From a virus (taxonomy: Duplodnaviria > Caudoviricetes): a DNA stretch of 64,000 bases. The DNA lies in IMG/VR virus record IMGVR_UViG_3300011868_000001, positions 189,748-253,747 of that record; one strand, given 5' to 3'. The notes below the pieces were generated by a model. It did no database searches. It saw nothing but the letters and a program-made list of their open reading frames with translations, and was not told where the DNA came from. Positions 9,667 through 20,328 of the stretch are shown here, piece after piece. A program made the position numbers and the translations under genes. The stretch's first letter is position 1; each line of letters starts with the position of its first letter.

Positions 9667-12135
9667 TTAGATGATTGTGACGTGTTCGTTGTAGGCTCGT
9701 TTGAGCGTTACGTGCGAGTCGTCAATCACCGCGATTTGACTGTTAGGGTAACTGTTCTGACTTTCGAACGAGTGACTGATGAAGAACACCTGTGAGTAGG
9801 TTTCATCCTCCATCAGGTCTTTGAGTGCAAGCGTCAGGTTCAGGCGATGCACTTCATCGAAGGTCCGCCCCAGCTCATCAAGATACAGCGGATAGCCTTG
9901 CAGGTTAAGGAACTTGTACACCACCAGCCTGAATGCCTGATTGACGATGTCCACCTGACTGTCCGACCCAAACTCGATGTCAGGGATCAGGTTGTCAGCG
10001 GTGTGGACATACATGGGGAATTTGTAGTTCAACTCCCCATCCTCAATGTTGCAGGTGTCAAGCGCCAGGTTATAACCCCAGACCTTGGAAATCACATCGT
10101 TGATGCTGGCGATGAAGGTGTTGATGAACACCATGATCTGCTCGGCGATGATTCCGTCTTTAGGCGACAGGATCTTCTCCAGCAGAATCAGGGCTTTCTC
10201 TTCAGCCTTGGCCTGCTCCAGTGATCGATTAAGGTCATTGACAATACCCATCTGCACTTCGGCTTCAGCCAGCGATTGTTCAAGCATCCCCAGTTGAACC
10301 TGATGCCGCTTAACCTGAGCACTGATTTCTTCGACGGCAATGTACTTCACCATTTGGTCCATCAGTTGGTTCAGACGATCCAGACTCTGCTGAACGGTCT
10401 CACCGATCTCACGTGCTTCGACCATCCGGTCGTAGAATTGCTCCACTTCCTTTAAGGTCTCTCGTGTGTCAAGCAGGTGCATCTTCAGGTCTACGACACG
10501 TTCGCTGAGCGAATGAGCCACATCTCGCAGGCTGCTGGATTGATCCAGCTGCTTGATGGCATTGAGTCGCTCAACTAGAGGGGCGACCTGATGATCAAGC
10601 TCATTCAAGGTCAGTTTGGTTTTGACATCGCTGATAAAGTCCACGCACAGCGGTACCAGCTCTCGACCACGCCCAAATCCACCTGCGTTGTGTAGCAGCT
10701 TCCACAATTCGACCAGATCAGGGTTATGGTCCCGCAGTCGTTGCAAGGTATGGATTACATCCCCAGCTTGATGGGCTTCTTGCAGCCAGTCACGCACTGC
10801 ACGAATCCGCTGCTCCATGGACTGCCGGAACCGCGTACCCTTTTCCAAAAGCTCTTTGATCGAACCTTCTTCATCACCCGAGATGCCTTCTTTGAACTGG
10901 TGATGACAAGCAGGACACTCGATGGTCGAGCTGTTGTGGATGTGTTCCAAACGGTATTCCAGCTCACCGATCTTGGAACTGCCAGCCATCATCTTTTCTT
11001 GCAGCTCGCTCAGTTCGCGTTGCTTGCTCTGCACCATGGCCCGATCCAGATAGGCCGTATCGATGCTGTTCACACCATGCAGAGTCTCAATGGTCTCTTG
11101 GATCACGGCAAAGCAGTACTGGTGATTGGGTAGCCGTGAAGGATCGCAATCGGTCTTGAATTGCTGGTTCAAACGCGCTTGCTCGGCCTTGATTTCTTCA
11201 AGACGTGCATGAAGTTCTGCCGGATCGATTTCTTCCAGCTCAGAAATGTCATGCAGTTGCTTGTCGATCTCCTGATGACGCTCTGAGACCTCGTGTAAGG
11301 CCGCCTCAAGCATTTGGGCGCGAGACCTGAGGTTATCCTTGAGTTGGATAACGGCGTCATCCTGCGTGTTCTTGACCGCCTTAGGGATCGATACCCGCAG
11401 GTACTTGGCACGGGCTAGCAACCCATCGACATCGCTGAGCAGTTCGTGGTACTGGCGGTTGTAGTAGTCGAAATTATCAGCAATGCCATCCCGTTTGGAA
11501 TGCTGGTGCAGACGGATGAGCTTTTCGGTGATTTCCTGAGACTGCCGGCGCAGGGTATTGAACGTAGCCTCATCGATCTTCTTGGCTGACTCTTGGACCA
11601 GTCGACCTGACTGATGCTTGATGATTGCCCCCGTATCACGCACGGCGCGTTTGACCCTGGCATGGAGCTTGATCACATAGTCAAAGTCAGCCGAGCTAAG
11701 CAGGGTGATCCAGTGCCGACGCTCCAGCGTACTCATCTTGGTAAACTGAACTTGACCAGTCAAAACCTGATGCAGTTCTTGGGTCATGCCAAAGTGCTCG
11801 CGCACCAATTCCTTCTGCACCGCCCCGGTGTGACCTTCGTTGAGTTCTTCGCCATCGCAGATAAAGCTGTGGGTAGGCGACTTACCGGTGATGTCGGTGC
11901 GCAGTTCGTAAGTCTTGCCGTTGTTCAGGCAATGGACCAGCTTATACCCGCCATTTTCATAATCGCTCTTTTCAGCAGGCAGGACGTTAAAGCCGATCTT
12001 CAACAAACTGGATTTACCCGAGCCATTGGTACCCAAGACAATCTGGGTCTTGAGCGTCGGGTTGATTTCAAAAGTCTCAATACCCTTGACATAGAACCGT
12101 TTGCACTTATGCAAAACGAGCTTGGTGATAAACAT
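9667..12135 (-). CDS. sbcC: SbcC/Rad50-like SMC ATPase (phiKZ gp165-like)
   Basis: Walker A GTNGSGKS, long coiled coils, central zinc hook CPAC, Walker B LYLDE, H-loop FISH. Confidence 0.88.
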   Translation of the reverse strand: MFITKLVLHKCKRFYVKGIETFEINPTLKTQIVLGTNGSGKSSLLKIGFNVLPAEKSDYENGGYKLVHCLNNGKTYELRTDITGKSPTHSFICDGEELNEGHTGAVQKELVREHFGMTQELHQVLTGQVQFTKMSTLERRHWITLLSSADFDYVIKLHARVKRAVRDTGAIIKHQSGRLVQESAKKIDEATFNTLRRQSQEITEKLIRLHQHSKRDGIADNFDYYNRQYHELLSDVDGLLARAKYLRVSIPKAVKNTQDDAVIQLKDNLRSRAQMLEAALHEVSERHQEIDKQLHDISELEEIDPAELHARLEEIKAEQARLNQQFKTDCDPSRLPNHQYCFAVIQETIETLHGVNSIDTAYLDRAMVQSKQRELSELQEKMMAGSSKIGELEYRLEHIHNSSTIECPACHHQFKEGISGDEEGSIKELLEKGTRFRQSMEQRIRAVRDWLQEAHQAGDVIHTLQRLRDHNPDLVELWKLLHNAGGFGRGRELVPLCVDFISDVKTKLTLNELDHQVAPLVERLNAIKQLDQSSSLRDVAHSLSERVVDLKMHLLDTRETLKEVEQFYDRMVEAREIGETVQQSLDRLNQLMDQMVKYIAVEEISAQVKRHQVQLGMLEQSLAEAEVQMGIVNDLNRSLEQAKAEEKALILLEKILSPKDGIIAEQIMVFINTFIASINDVISKVWGYNLALDTCNIEDGELNYKFPMYVHTADNLIPDIEFGSDSQVDIVNQAFRLVVYKFLNLQGYPLYLDELGRTFDEVHRLNLTLALKDLMEDETYSQVFFISHSFESQNSYPNSQIAVIDDSHVTLKRAYNEHVTII

Positions 12136-12200
12136 TGGGTATTCCCCTCCCCTAATTCTGTAGGATAGGTCTTGTAAGTTTCATTTTAATAGAGGTGGTT

Positions 12201-12998
12201 ATGTTTGATAATGACATCAGCCTGTTCCGTCGGGTGATGATCGGTGTAGCTGCCGAAAACAAGAAGCTCGGCTCCGACGAACTGTTGATCACGTCCCATG
12301 AGAAGCTGGGATTTATCGATGGTGAGATCGTCGATAAAGTCGACCCCTTGGAATACAACAGCACCGACATTGACGGCAAAGCGGTAGCCGGGACAGCGTT
12401 CGTCTCCAACAACATCACTGCCAAATGGCTACCCAGCACCAACCGCCGCACACCTCCTGATGTTCAGCGCGGTGAACTGGTTGAAGTCTACCAGTACGCC
12501 AGCAACGACGAGTACTTCTGGCGAAGTATGGGCAAAAGCGATAAACTGCGTCGATTGGAGACAGTGGTCATTGGTATTGCAGCCAACCCCAACATGGATC
12601 AAGACGGCCTCGATCTTGACAACATGTACTTCCTTGAGGTCAGCAGTCATCAGAAGACGATCACCCTGTCTACCAGCCAGAAGAATGGTGAGTTTTGTAC
12701 CTACGACTTTCAGTTTGACATGGCTAAGGGTAAGGTCGTGCTCCAGGACAATCTAGGCAACTACGGTTTCTTGGATTCACGCAACACCCACATCAAGCTG
12801 CAAAACCAGCTGGGTACGTTCTTCGAGCTCAATAAGCAAGATATCAAAGGTTATGCGCCACGAGATATCAGCTTGACGGCCGTCAACAACGTGGATGTCA
12901 AAGCCAAGAAGATTACTCTGAATGGCGGGGGTAGTGTATTCACGCTACAGGCCAGTGGCACAACATTGAAGACACCGAACTTCAAGGGGATGAGCTAA
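12201..12998 (+). CDS. Baseplate central spike protein (phiKZ gp164 / gpV-like)
   Basis: OB-fold-like N-terminus and beta-repeat C-terminus; immediately upstream of PAAR; GAGGTGG RBS. Confidence 0.65.
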   Translation: MFDNDISLFRRVMIGVAAENKKLGSDELLITSHEKLGFIDGEIVDKVDPLEYNSTDIDGKAVAGTAFVSNNITAKWLPSTNRRTPPDVQRGELVEVYQYASNDEYFWRSMGKSDKLRRLETVVIGIAANPNMDQDGLDLDNMYFLEVSSHQKTITLSTSQKNGEFCTYDFQFDMAKGKVVLQDNLGNYGFLDSRNTHIKLQNQLGTFFELNKQDIKGYAPRDISLTAVNNVDVKAKKITLNGGGSVFTLQASGTTLKTPNFKGMS

Positions 12999-13261
12999 TG
13001 GGGACCGTATCGCTAGTAGGAGCCGATAGTGCGGGAGCGGTCATTACAGGACCTGGGGCGCCTAATTGGACGTGGAATGGTAAACCTATTTCATTGTTAG
13101 GTGATAAGGTGGCAGGTCATGGCAAATCTCCACACAGTGCCCCGGTAATTGCAACAGCCAGCCCATGGATGACCATCAACGACATCCCTGTAACACGAGT
13201 GGGCAGTGTCGCCAGTTGTGGTCACGGGGCGACCGGTTCCAGTGACATGGACATTCCATAA
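12998..13261 (+). CDS. PAAR-like spike tip protein
   Basis: 87 aa with NGKPISLLGDKVAGHG..PH, INDIPVTRVGSVASCGH. Confidence 0.85.
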   Translation: MGTVSLVGADSAGAVITGPGAPNWTWNGKPISLLGDKVAGHGKSPHSAPVIATASPWMTINDIPVTRVGSVASCGHGATGSSDMDIP

Positions 13262-13264
13262 CGC

Positions 13265-13298
13265 ATAAGGAGGAGGGGCAACCGCCCCTCCTCCTATG
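13265..13298. terminator. Bidirectional hairpin (CATA...TATG family)
   Basis: AGGAGGAGGGGC-AACC-GCCCCTCCTCCT flanked by CATA/TATG. Confidence 0.65.
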
Positions 13299-13302
13299 TC
13301 GA

Positions 13303-14559
13303 CTAGCTGATTTTCACAGCACTGTGCGACCACTTGATGAACTCGCCGCGACTGAAGGTTTCAGGCTGATGGGAAACGCGCTTCTCATCGACCTTAGGTT
13401 GCCAGCGGAAGTTATAGGTGTTCATGAAGCGGTGTTGTTGAAGGTTGTTATCTACCCGCACCACCCAGATGCCTTTCTCTTCTTCTGAGAGGTAGGATGG
13501 TAGCAAGCCTAACTGAGTACGCAACGGCCACAATGGGCGCTGATCAAAGTAGAACCGTCCAGGCAGGTGTGTGCGAGTGGTCTGAACAATGTCAGTCACC
13601 AGATGGTCGACTTCGATCCCTACGATAAACGACTGCGACAATGTCAGCAATTCAAGCAAGCATTCGTTGCTGTAGAAGTTCTGCAGATCGTAATCGCGTT
13701 CGTTACTTGGCGCAACTTCATGAAAGCGCTCAAGGGCAGTCTGATCGATCAGATAACGTGAGGTCATATACCGTTCGAGGAACGGGATGCGTTTCATCTC
13801 GACCTTCATCGCATTAGGGCCAATGACTTTGAGGTCATGGGTTGCCAGATGCAAGTACCCGCCAATGACGATACCCATTACTTTATTCGTGGTATCGAAC
13901 GGCACTTTCAGGTAGAAGGTGTCGGCCAAAAGCTTGGTCGGATCAGGGCTGTAAATCATGTCACGGGTGATGCTTGCAGTCCGCACCCGTCCAAGGTTCT
14001 TAAAGCTGATCAATCCAACCATGGCATTTTCCGTCTTACGGAACGTAATGCCACCGTCTTTGATGTACGCCCCGTCCTTATCGGCATCGAGTCGATGAAC
14101 CAGTCCATTGACGGTCGCCAAGCAATGACGTTGTACATCAACGTAATCGGTGTTATCGCGCTTGAGCCACAGGTCTGTTTTGTCGTAATCCGTGGCGTCG
14201 TTGAAGGGTGAGCCTTTAGGTACGCACAGGTCCACTTTAAAGCCTGCCTGCCATGCATCACGCGCCAGCGCAGTATTGACCGTGACCTTGGGCTCGCCCA
14301 CTTGGGTTGGCAATGTGGTGTTGGCATTGTCGATCAGCCACTGGCTAACCGTAGTGCCTTCAAGCACCGCTGTCAGCAGGTTGACCGCATCACTCAGACG
14401 CAAGGTGACTTTACCGGTAAGCGCCGAATGGGTCAGTACGAGATAGACTTCTGCATAGTCGCGAAGGAGAGCCTTAACACTCAGCTGACGCACGTCCTTT
14501 TCCTCATAACGGACATTCGGCATCCGGTGTTTCACCAGTGCACGTTCATATTGGTACAT
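13303..14559 (-). CDS. Probable virion structural protein
   Basis: 418-aa ORF with GGAGAG RBS, among tail genes. Confidence 0.55.
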   Translation of the reverse strand: MYQYERALVKHRMPNVRYEEKDVRQLSVKALLRDYAEVYLVLTHSALTGKVTLRLSDAVNLLTAVLEGTTVSQWLIDNANTTLPTQVGEPKVTVNTALARDAWQAGFKVDLCVPKGSPFNDATDYDKTDLWLKRDNTDYVDVQRHCLATVNGLVHRLDADKDGAYIKDGGITFRKTENAMVGLISFKNLGRVRTASITRDMIYSPDPTKLLADTFYLKVPFDTTNKVMGIVIGGYLHLATHDLKVIGPNAMKVEMKRIPFLERYMTSRYLIDQTALERFHEVAPSNERDYDLQNFYSNECLLELLTLSQSFIVGIEVDHLVTDIVQTTRTHLPGRFYFDQRPLWPLRTQLGLLPSYLSEEEKGIWVVRVDNNLQQHRFMNTYNFRWQPKVDEKRVSHQPETFSRGEFIKWSHSAVKIS

Positions 14560-14698
14560 TTATCGACTCTCCCACGATAATGGTATGCCAGTTGTTTGAT
14601 ATTCAATATTAAGCACAGTTTATTTCGAAAAACGATTCAAGATTCCAGGCCCGTTTATCGGCGCCAGAACCGATGGAGATCCCCAACGGAGACCTGCA

Positions 14699-17098
14699 AT
14701 GAGTACTGTACTTCCACAATACCCTTTCGATCCGACGGGGCTCGCGACGTCGAACAAGGTGACCGAGACTCAGGCGATTGAATCGCGTGGGATGTTCGAT
14801 CATTATTACATCATTCCCCGCAGCGGTCCGTTTTATGCGGAGACGGTAAGGCTACGGCTATACCCTGCCGGTGCAAATATCAATAACCCGGCGGGCGGCG
14901 AACCGCTCGAAGAAGGACTGCATTTTAACTTCGGGTATCATTTCGCCCATGCATCACATACCATTGGAAAGCCGGTATACGGGGCGATTTCTTTCTATGA
15001 CCGTCAGTTGACCGGTCAGCTGCGCATGGAGTACCAGACACTCGGTGGTGACTGGGTCCTCGACGACCAGAAAATGACCGAGCTGTTGGGTAACGTGGCG
15101 TACAACCCGCGTACCGCAACCTGGGAACAAGTGGTCGAGTTGCCGCATCAATTCCCGGTGGTTAACCACGACTTTAACATCGACGATTTCGTCGGTATGA
15201 GTGAAGTGGTTGATCAGCTGGAAGACATCACCGATGCGATCAATCAGAAGACTGCAGGTGGTATGGCCGATCACGTCAATGCCAAGAACAACCCGCACGA
15301 AGTCAGCAAGGATCAAGTCGGTCTGGGGTTGGTGGATAACTTCCCCACAGCAGCGCCTGCTGAGGCCACTGGCGGCACGGCCAACAACCGCTTCATGACG
15401 CCCCTGCGTACTAAGCAACTGATCGACGCTACCGCAACAGTCGCCCTGAACAATCACATGGGCGATACGACCAACCCCCACGGTGTCACTAAGACTCAAG
15501 TAGGGCTGGGTAACGTTCAGAACTATGCGGGGGCGACCCAGGCTGAAGCGGAAGCAGGGGCCAGTAACGCCCGTTACATGACTCCGCTGCGTACCCGCGA
15601 AGCCATTGAGGCCATTGTCGGGGTAGCATTCAACGCCCACGTCAACAACAAGAACAACCCGCATGGCGTGACCAAGGCGCAGGTCGGTCTGGGCAATGTG
15701 CCGAACATCGGTGTCGCCACGGATGCCATGGCATTGCAAGGCCAGTCGGATGCCGGGATCATCACCCCGCGTTTGTTGTCCATGGTGCTGAGCGAAACGG
15801 TTGGCAGTGGGGTCACTGAGCACATTGCTGACTCCAATAACCCACACGGTGTAACAAAAGCACAAGTGGGCCTGAGCAACGTTCAGAACTATGCAGTGGC
15901 TACCGAGGCCGTGGCACGCGATGCCACCTCTAATGCGCATTACATGACGCCGTTGGCTGTCCGTTATGCTGTCGCTGCACTGGTCGGGGAAGGCGGCGTT
16001 GGTGATCACATTACCAACCTCAACAACCCGCACCGAGTGACTGCTGCTCAGGTGGGTACGTACTCTGCTGAAGAACTCGATGCACTGCTCAACGACAAAC
16101 TCGACGACACTGCAGCGGCTGCCGATGCCTTGGCTGTATTTGGCATGTCGCAAGGCGAACTGGAAGGGTGGATCGGAGGTCTGCGGGCAGGCAACAGCGT
16201 ACTGTTCGATAACAAGACCTACGCTCAAGTCAAAGAAGATATCCTGGCGGGTAAGGCTGCTGATGCTGCTAAACTCGATGGACGTACCTACGCACAGATT
16301 GTTGCAGCCATTGGTGAAGCCGTTGATGGCGGCAATACGCAGCATAACGTGCCACCGGTAGGTCCGGTTGAAGACGCCAACGGTGACTTCGGCGATGCCC
16401 CTCAGCATTGGTTGAAGATCGGCAAGTTCCAACAGCCGCTGGATTATCAATACGGTGACATGACCCTATTGATCACTGGCGGGCGCGATGAAGACTCCGA
16501 GACTGAACGGCACCACACCATCTTGCTGGAACTGTCGACCACCAACGACTACCCGGTCGATGGCCTGAGCTTCACGCCGCTGCTGGTGCGCGCCCCTCGG
16601 GTTAAGCACCTGACTCCAGCAGAAGAGCCGATCCGGATCGGTTATGTGGTCAACCACGGTGATGCGATCCCACGTCCGTGGATCGATATCTACATCCAGA
16701 CCATCGGTCAACGTGCAGGTTGGACGGTAACGGAGCTGTCGAACAAGTTCTTCGTTCCTGAAGTGTTCGATCCGATCAATGAGGTCTCTGACCTGCTCTT
16801 GGTCGAACCTGCAGGCATCGTCTATCCGCCGGTCATCTCCGATGGCTCTGCTGAGATCATTGCGCTGCAGGCATTCTCCGAGCGCAAGGACAACCCGCAT
16901 CAGGTGACGAAAGCGCAGGTCGGCTTGGGCTCAGTCCCGAACTACCCAGCTGCAACTTCCGCCGAGGCACTGGCCGGGACAGCCACCAACCGTCTCATGA
17001 GTCCGGCCACCACCCAGGCCAGCGTCGACCAGGCCATCAACAGTCTGTGCGATCACCTGTCTGAAGTGGTCGACAATGCTCTACCGCTGTTTGCTTAA
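14699..17098 (+). CDS. Tail fibre protein (phiKZ gp145/146-like)
   Basis: N-terminal YPFDPTG..N anchor domain; six NPHxVTKAQVGL repeats; AATGGTATG motif at 14579-14587. Confidence 0.8.
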   Translation: MSTVLPQYPFDPTGLATSNKVTETQAIESRGMFDHYYIIPRSGPFYAETVRLRLYPAGANINNPAGGEPLEEGLHFNFGYHFAHASHTIGKPVYGAISFYDRQLTGQLRMEYQTLGGDWVLDDQKMTELLGNVAYNPRTATWEQVVELPHQFPVVNHDFNIDDFVGMSEVVDQLEDITDAINQKTAGGMADHVNAKNNPHEVSKDQVGLGLVDNFPTAAPAEATGGTANNRFMTPLRTKQLIDATATVALNNHMGDTTNPHGVTKTQVGLGNVQNYAGATQAEAEAGASNARYMTPLRTREAIEAIVGVAFNAHVNNKNNPHGVTKAQVGLGNVPNIGVATDAMALQGQSDAGIITPRLLSMVLSETVGSGVTEHIADSNNPHGVTKAQVGLSNVQNYAVATEAVARDATSNAHYMTPLAVRYAVAALVGEGGVGDHITNLNNPHRVTAAQVGTYSAEELDALLNDKLDDTAAAADALAVFGMSQGELEGWIGGLRAGNSVLFDNKTYAQVKEDILAGKAADAAKLDGRTYAQIVAAIGEAVDGGNTQHNVPPVGPVEDANGDFGDAPQHWLKIGKFQQPLDYQYGDMTLLITGGRDEDSETERHHTILLELSTTNDYPVDGLSFTPLLVRAPRVKHLTPAEEPIRIGYVVNHGDAIPRPWIDIYIQTIGQRAGWTVTELSNKFFVPEVFDPINEVSDLLLVEPAGIVYPPVISDGSAEIIALQAFSERKDNPHQVTKAQVGLGSVPNYPAATSAEALAGTATNRLMSPATTQASVDQAINSLCDHLSEVVDNALPLFA

Positions 17099-17107
17099 GC
17101 ACTCTGC

Positions 17108-17130
17108 CCACTGCACTTCGGTGCAGTGGG
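17108..17130 (+). terminator. Hairpin with UUCG loop
   Basis: CCCACTGCAC-TTCG-GTGCAGTGGG followed by T-rich sequence. Confidence 0.6.
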
Positions 17131-17168
17131 TTCGTGTTTGAATTACCTTTTAACGATGGAGTTGATCC

Positions 17169-18743
17169 ATGAGTGTACCACCAATTATCCAGTACCCGCT
17201 CGATCTGTCGGGTACGTCGCCAACGAACCGAATCGTTGGTGAGCGTCGAGAAATCTCGACCAATGCAGAACGTGTGTTTGTCCCAAAGGCAGGTCCTTTC
17301 TACACCGAGTCGTTTGTAATCTACAACGATGAGACTGGCGAGCCGCTTCGGCCGGTAGACGACTACCTTTTGGTACAGCCGTTCGCCCAAGCATCGCTGC
17401 GCAGCGGTAAGGATGTTCAATCTGCCGTTGTTCTGAAGATGCAAGCCCCTGTTATCGTCCGCATGGACTACCGCGTTGTGGGTGGTGAGTACTCGTGGAA
17501 CCTGGGAGCGCTGGCTGACCTTATCGCGGAACTCAATCTCGATGAGCGCGCCGTTAAATGGGGATCGATCATTGGTCGTCCCACCATGTACCCGGCCGCA
17601 CCACACATCCATGACATCGGCGATACCTATGGGTGGGAATACGTGGTCTGGCAACTGGAGCGTGTCACTAACGCCATTCTGGTTGGTGACGAGGCGTCCC
17701 ACGAAGAACTGCGTCAACAGATGCTGTATCTGCGTGACCAGCTGCAGGCCAATATCGATGCAGTCGATGGCAAGGTTGACGAACATCTCAATGACTTCGA
17801 AAATCCACATCGCACAACGAAGGCGCAGGTCGGGCTCGGTTCGGTAGACAACTTCCCGACAGCCACTTCGGTCGAAGCCAACACCGGTACAGCCAACAAC
17901 CGCTTCATGACGCCGGCGACGACCACCACCTTGTCGACGCGCATCGCTCGTGAAGAGGTCAATGCCCACGAGGCGAAGAAGAACAACCCCCACGATGTCA
18001 CCAAAGCTCAGGTAGGGTTGGGTAATGTCGACAACTTCCTGACGGCTACTCAGGCACAGGGTGAATCGACCACGGTCAATGACAAGTTCATGACCCCGCT
18101 GCGCACCTACCAGGCCATCATGGTCCATGCCGGTACCTTGCTGAACGTGCACGTGAACAACAAGAACAACCCGCATGAGGTGACGAAAGCACAGGTCGGT
18201 CTGGGGCTGGTAGACAACTTCCAAACCGCGACCCGTACCGAGGCCATTGAAGGTACATCCAATGCACGCTTCATGACGCCGCTCAGGACCAAAGAAGCGA
18301 TCGACGCCATTGCCGGTAACCTGATTCAATCACACGTCTCGAACCTCAACAATCCGCACAAAGTCACCAAGGATCAAGTCGGTCTGGGTAATCTGCCGAA
18401 TGCCATCACGCGCAGCCGGACATTGAACTCTGACGCCCACCTGCTGACCGCCGGCGGTATGTTCGATCACGTGGCCTCGGGCGATCATGACAACCGTTAC
18501 GTGCGCTTGAACACCACCCAGAACACCAGTCTGCGGGTAGTGAACAATAAGCTTCAGTGCTATGTCAGTGGACAGTGGCGACAGATCTGGCCGGCGACCT
18601 GGACTAACTTTGCCGCAGAAAGGGCAAACGATCCGGTACTGGGTAACGACCAGCAAATCCAACTGCTGGTGGCCGGTGGTCGCCTATATGCAACGGTAGC
18701 TGGCGCGTGGCAGCAGGTCTGGCCTGCACTTTGGACAGACTAA
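17169..18743 (+). CDS. Tail fibre protein 2 (phiKZ gp145/146-like)
   Basis: N-terminal YPLDLSG..N domain paralogous to 14699; four NPHxVTKAQVGL repeats; duplicated C-terminal WxQxWPAxW motif. Confidence 0.8.
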   Translation: MSVPPIIQYPLDLSGTSPTNRIVGERREISTNAERVFVPKAGPFYTESFVIYNDETGEPLRPVDDYLLVQPFAQASLRSGKDVQSAVVLKMQAPVIVRMDYRVVGGEYSWNLGALADLIAELNLDERAVKWGSIIGRPTMYPAAPHIHDIGDTYGWEYVVWQLERVTNAILVGDEASHEELRQQMLYLRDQLQANIDAVDGKVDEHLNDFENPHRTTKAQVGLGSVDNFPTATSVEANTGTANNRFMTPATTTTLSTRIAREEVNAHEAKKNNPHDVTKAQVGLGNVDNFLTATQAQGESTTVNDKFMTPLRTYQAIMVHAGTLLNVHVNNKNNPHEVTKAQVGLGLVDNFQTATRTEAIEGTSNARFMTPLRTKEAIDAIAGNLIQSHVSNLNNPHKVTKDQVGLGNLPNAITRSRTLNSDAHLLTAGGMFDHVASGDHDNRYVRLNTTQNTSLRVVNNKLQCYVSGQWRQIWPATWTNFAAERANDPVLGNDQQIQLLVAGGRLYATVAGAWQQVWPALWTD

Positions 18744-18783
18744 ACCCGACATTGTATAACTAACAGTTGGAGGGGGTTTACAG

Positions 18784-19290
18784 ATGCTTAAGAAAATCGA
18801 TTTCCAGTTCCAAGGAATCACCGAAGAACTGCTGATGGTGGACCAGTTTCTGTCAAGCCCCCATCCCTATGAACAGGGGTTAGTCAAGTATGTGTTCAAC
18901 GATGCATCGTACGGGATCAACAGTCCTATGGAGTATCTTGAGCACAGTGACAAGCCAATCAAGGTCGAAGGCTATGAACGGTTGAATGCTGTTCTGTTTG
19001 GCGAGTGTCAACGCCTGGCGGCCTACTTCGGACACGCTGGGTATGTATCCTGTCACCTGTTCATCTCCCCTAAGGGATCAACGAGCTTCTCCATGCACAC
19101 CGATCCGGATGATGTGGTCGTCTATGTTGTCAAAGGTGGCAAAGAGTTCGAATCCATTGACCAGCTGGAATCTGTTAAAGCTGGTGATGTGTTATACATC
19201 CCGCGCAATCACCCACACCGTGCCATCAATACCGACAGTTCGCTTATGCTGAGCTTTGGGTTGGAGCTGTTTCTGGAGCAGAAGCTTTGA
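18784..19290 (+). CDS. JmjC/cupin-like Fe(II)/2OG oxygenase
   Basis: HxD motif (SFSMHTDPDDV) and GDVLYIPRNHPHRA with the distal His. Confidence 0.8.
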   Translation: MLKKIDFQFQGITEELLMVDQFLSSPHPYEQGLVKYVFNDASYGINSPMEYLEHSDKPIKVEGYERLNAVLFGECQRLAAYFGHAGYVSCHLFISPKGSTSFSMHTDPDDVVVYVVKGGKEFESIDQLESVKAGDVLYIPRNHPHRAINTDSSLMLSFGLELFLEQKL

Positions 19291-20327
19291 GCCTCAATAA
19301 AACCATTTACGTCAAAACCACAGGCACTTGTAACCTTGACTGTCAACACTGCTTTACCAACGGTAAGAACGGGGACAAGACCCAGTTTGACCCTGAGGTC
19401 ACAGCAGAGTGGGTTAAGGCGTTTATGGCCAAGTACCCAACCGATACTCACTACCACATGGAATTCCATGGCGGTGAGCCGTTCCTGGTGCCGTTGGAGA
19501 AGCTCAAGCGCTATGCCGATCAGTTTGTCGAGCACCCTCATGTGTCGATGTGTGCCAACAGCAACCTGACGTTCAAGTTGACAGATGCGCACATTGCGTT
19601 CATTCAGAAGTATTTCAACGGATACATTGGAACCAGTTGGGACCACTGGATTCGTTGGAGTAACGACAAGCAATTTCAGTTATGGAAACGTAATTTGGAA
19701 TTGTTGAAAGATAATGGTGTGACCATTGCACTTAAGGCGTCGGTAAGTCGCCAACTGCTGACGATGACACCTGACTGGTTCTTGGACCAGATGGAAGCCC
19801 TGGCAGTCGATGAGGTCTCACTGGAACGTCTGACCATGGACGGCAGTGCGCAATGTAACGTCGGTATCTTCCCGGACAATGAAGAGCAAGACAACTGGTA
19901 TCTAGCGCTGTATCAGCGCTATAAGGCTCGTCAAGGCCGCGTGCGCATCAAGACACTCGACATCATTGAAGACAAGCTTAAAACCAATCGGGTCAAGGTC
20001 GATACCAACTGCCGCAACTGCGAGCAGAATCTGGTGACCATCAACTCGGACGGTTCGCTGTCCGGTTGTCCAAATGCAGCAGCAGCACTGCATCATGCGA
20101 AGTTGGAAGATGGGGTCGATGCATTCCTCAGCTCCGATGGACTGATTCAAGAGATCACCTCAGAACTGACATGGGGTGACACCTGCCTTTCCTGCGATGT
20201 CTTTGACCTGTGTGGTGGCGATTGTCACCGCCTGCCGTGGCAGAATGGACGATGCGGTGGGTTGAAAAATACCCTGCGTCATCTGTCAGGCCGGAATACA
20301 CAATCCAATTTGATTTTGAAGGTGTGA
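19287..20327 (+). CDS. Radical SAM/SPASM protein 1
   Basis: CNLDCQHC, FHGGEP, C-terminal CRNC...GCP...CLSCDVFDLCGGDC. Confidence 0.9.
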   Translation: MSLNKTIYVKTTGTCNLDCQHCFTNGKNGDKTQFDPEVTAEWVKAFMAKYPTDTHYHMEFHGGEPFLVPLEKLKRYADQFVEHPHVSMCANSNLTFKLTDAHIAFIQKYFNGYIGTSWDHWIRWSNDKQFQLWKRNLELLKDNGVTIALKASVSRQLLTMTPDWFLDQMEALAVDEVSLERLTMDGSAQCNVGIFPDNEEQDNWYLALYQRYKARQGRVRIKTLDIIEDKLKTNRVKVDTNCRNCEQNLVTINSDGSLSGCPNAAAALHHAKLEDGVDAFLSSDGLIQEITSELTWGDTCLSCDVFDLCGGDCHRLPWQNGRCGGLKNTLRHLSGRNTQSNLILKV

Positions 20328-20328
20328 A

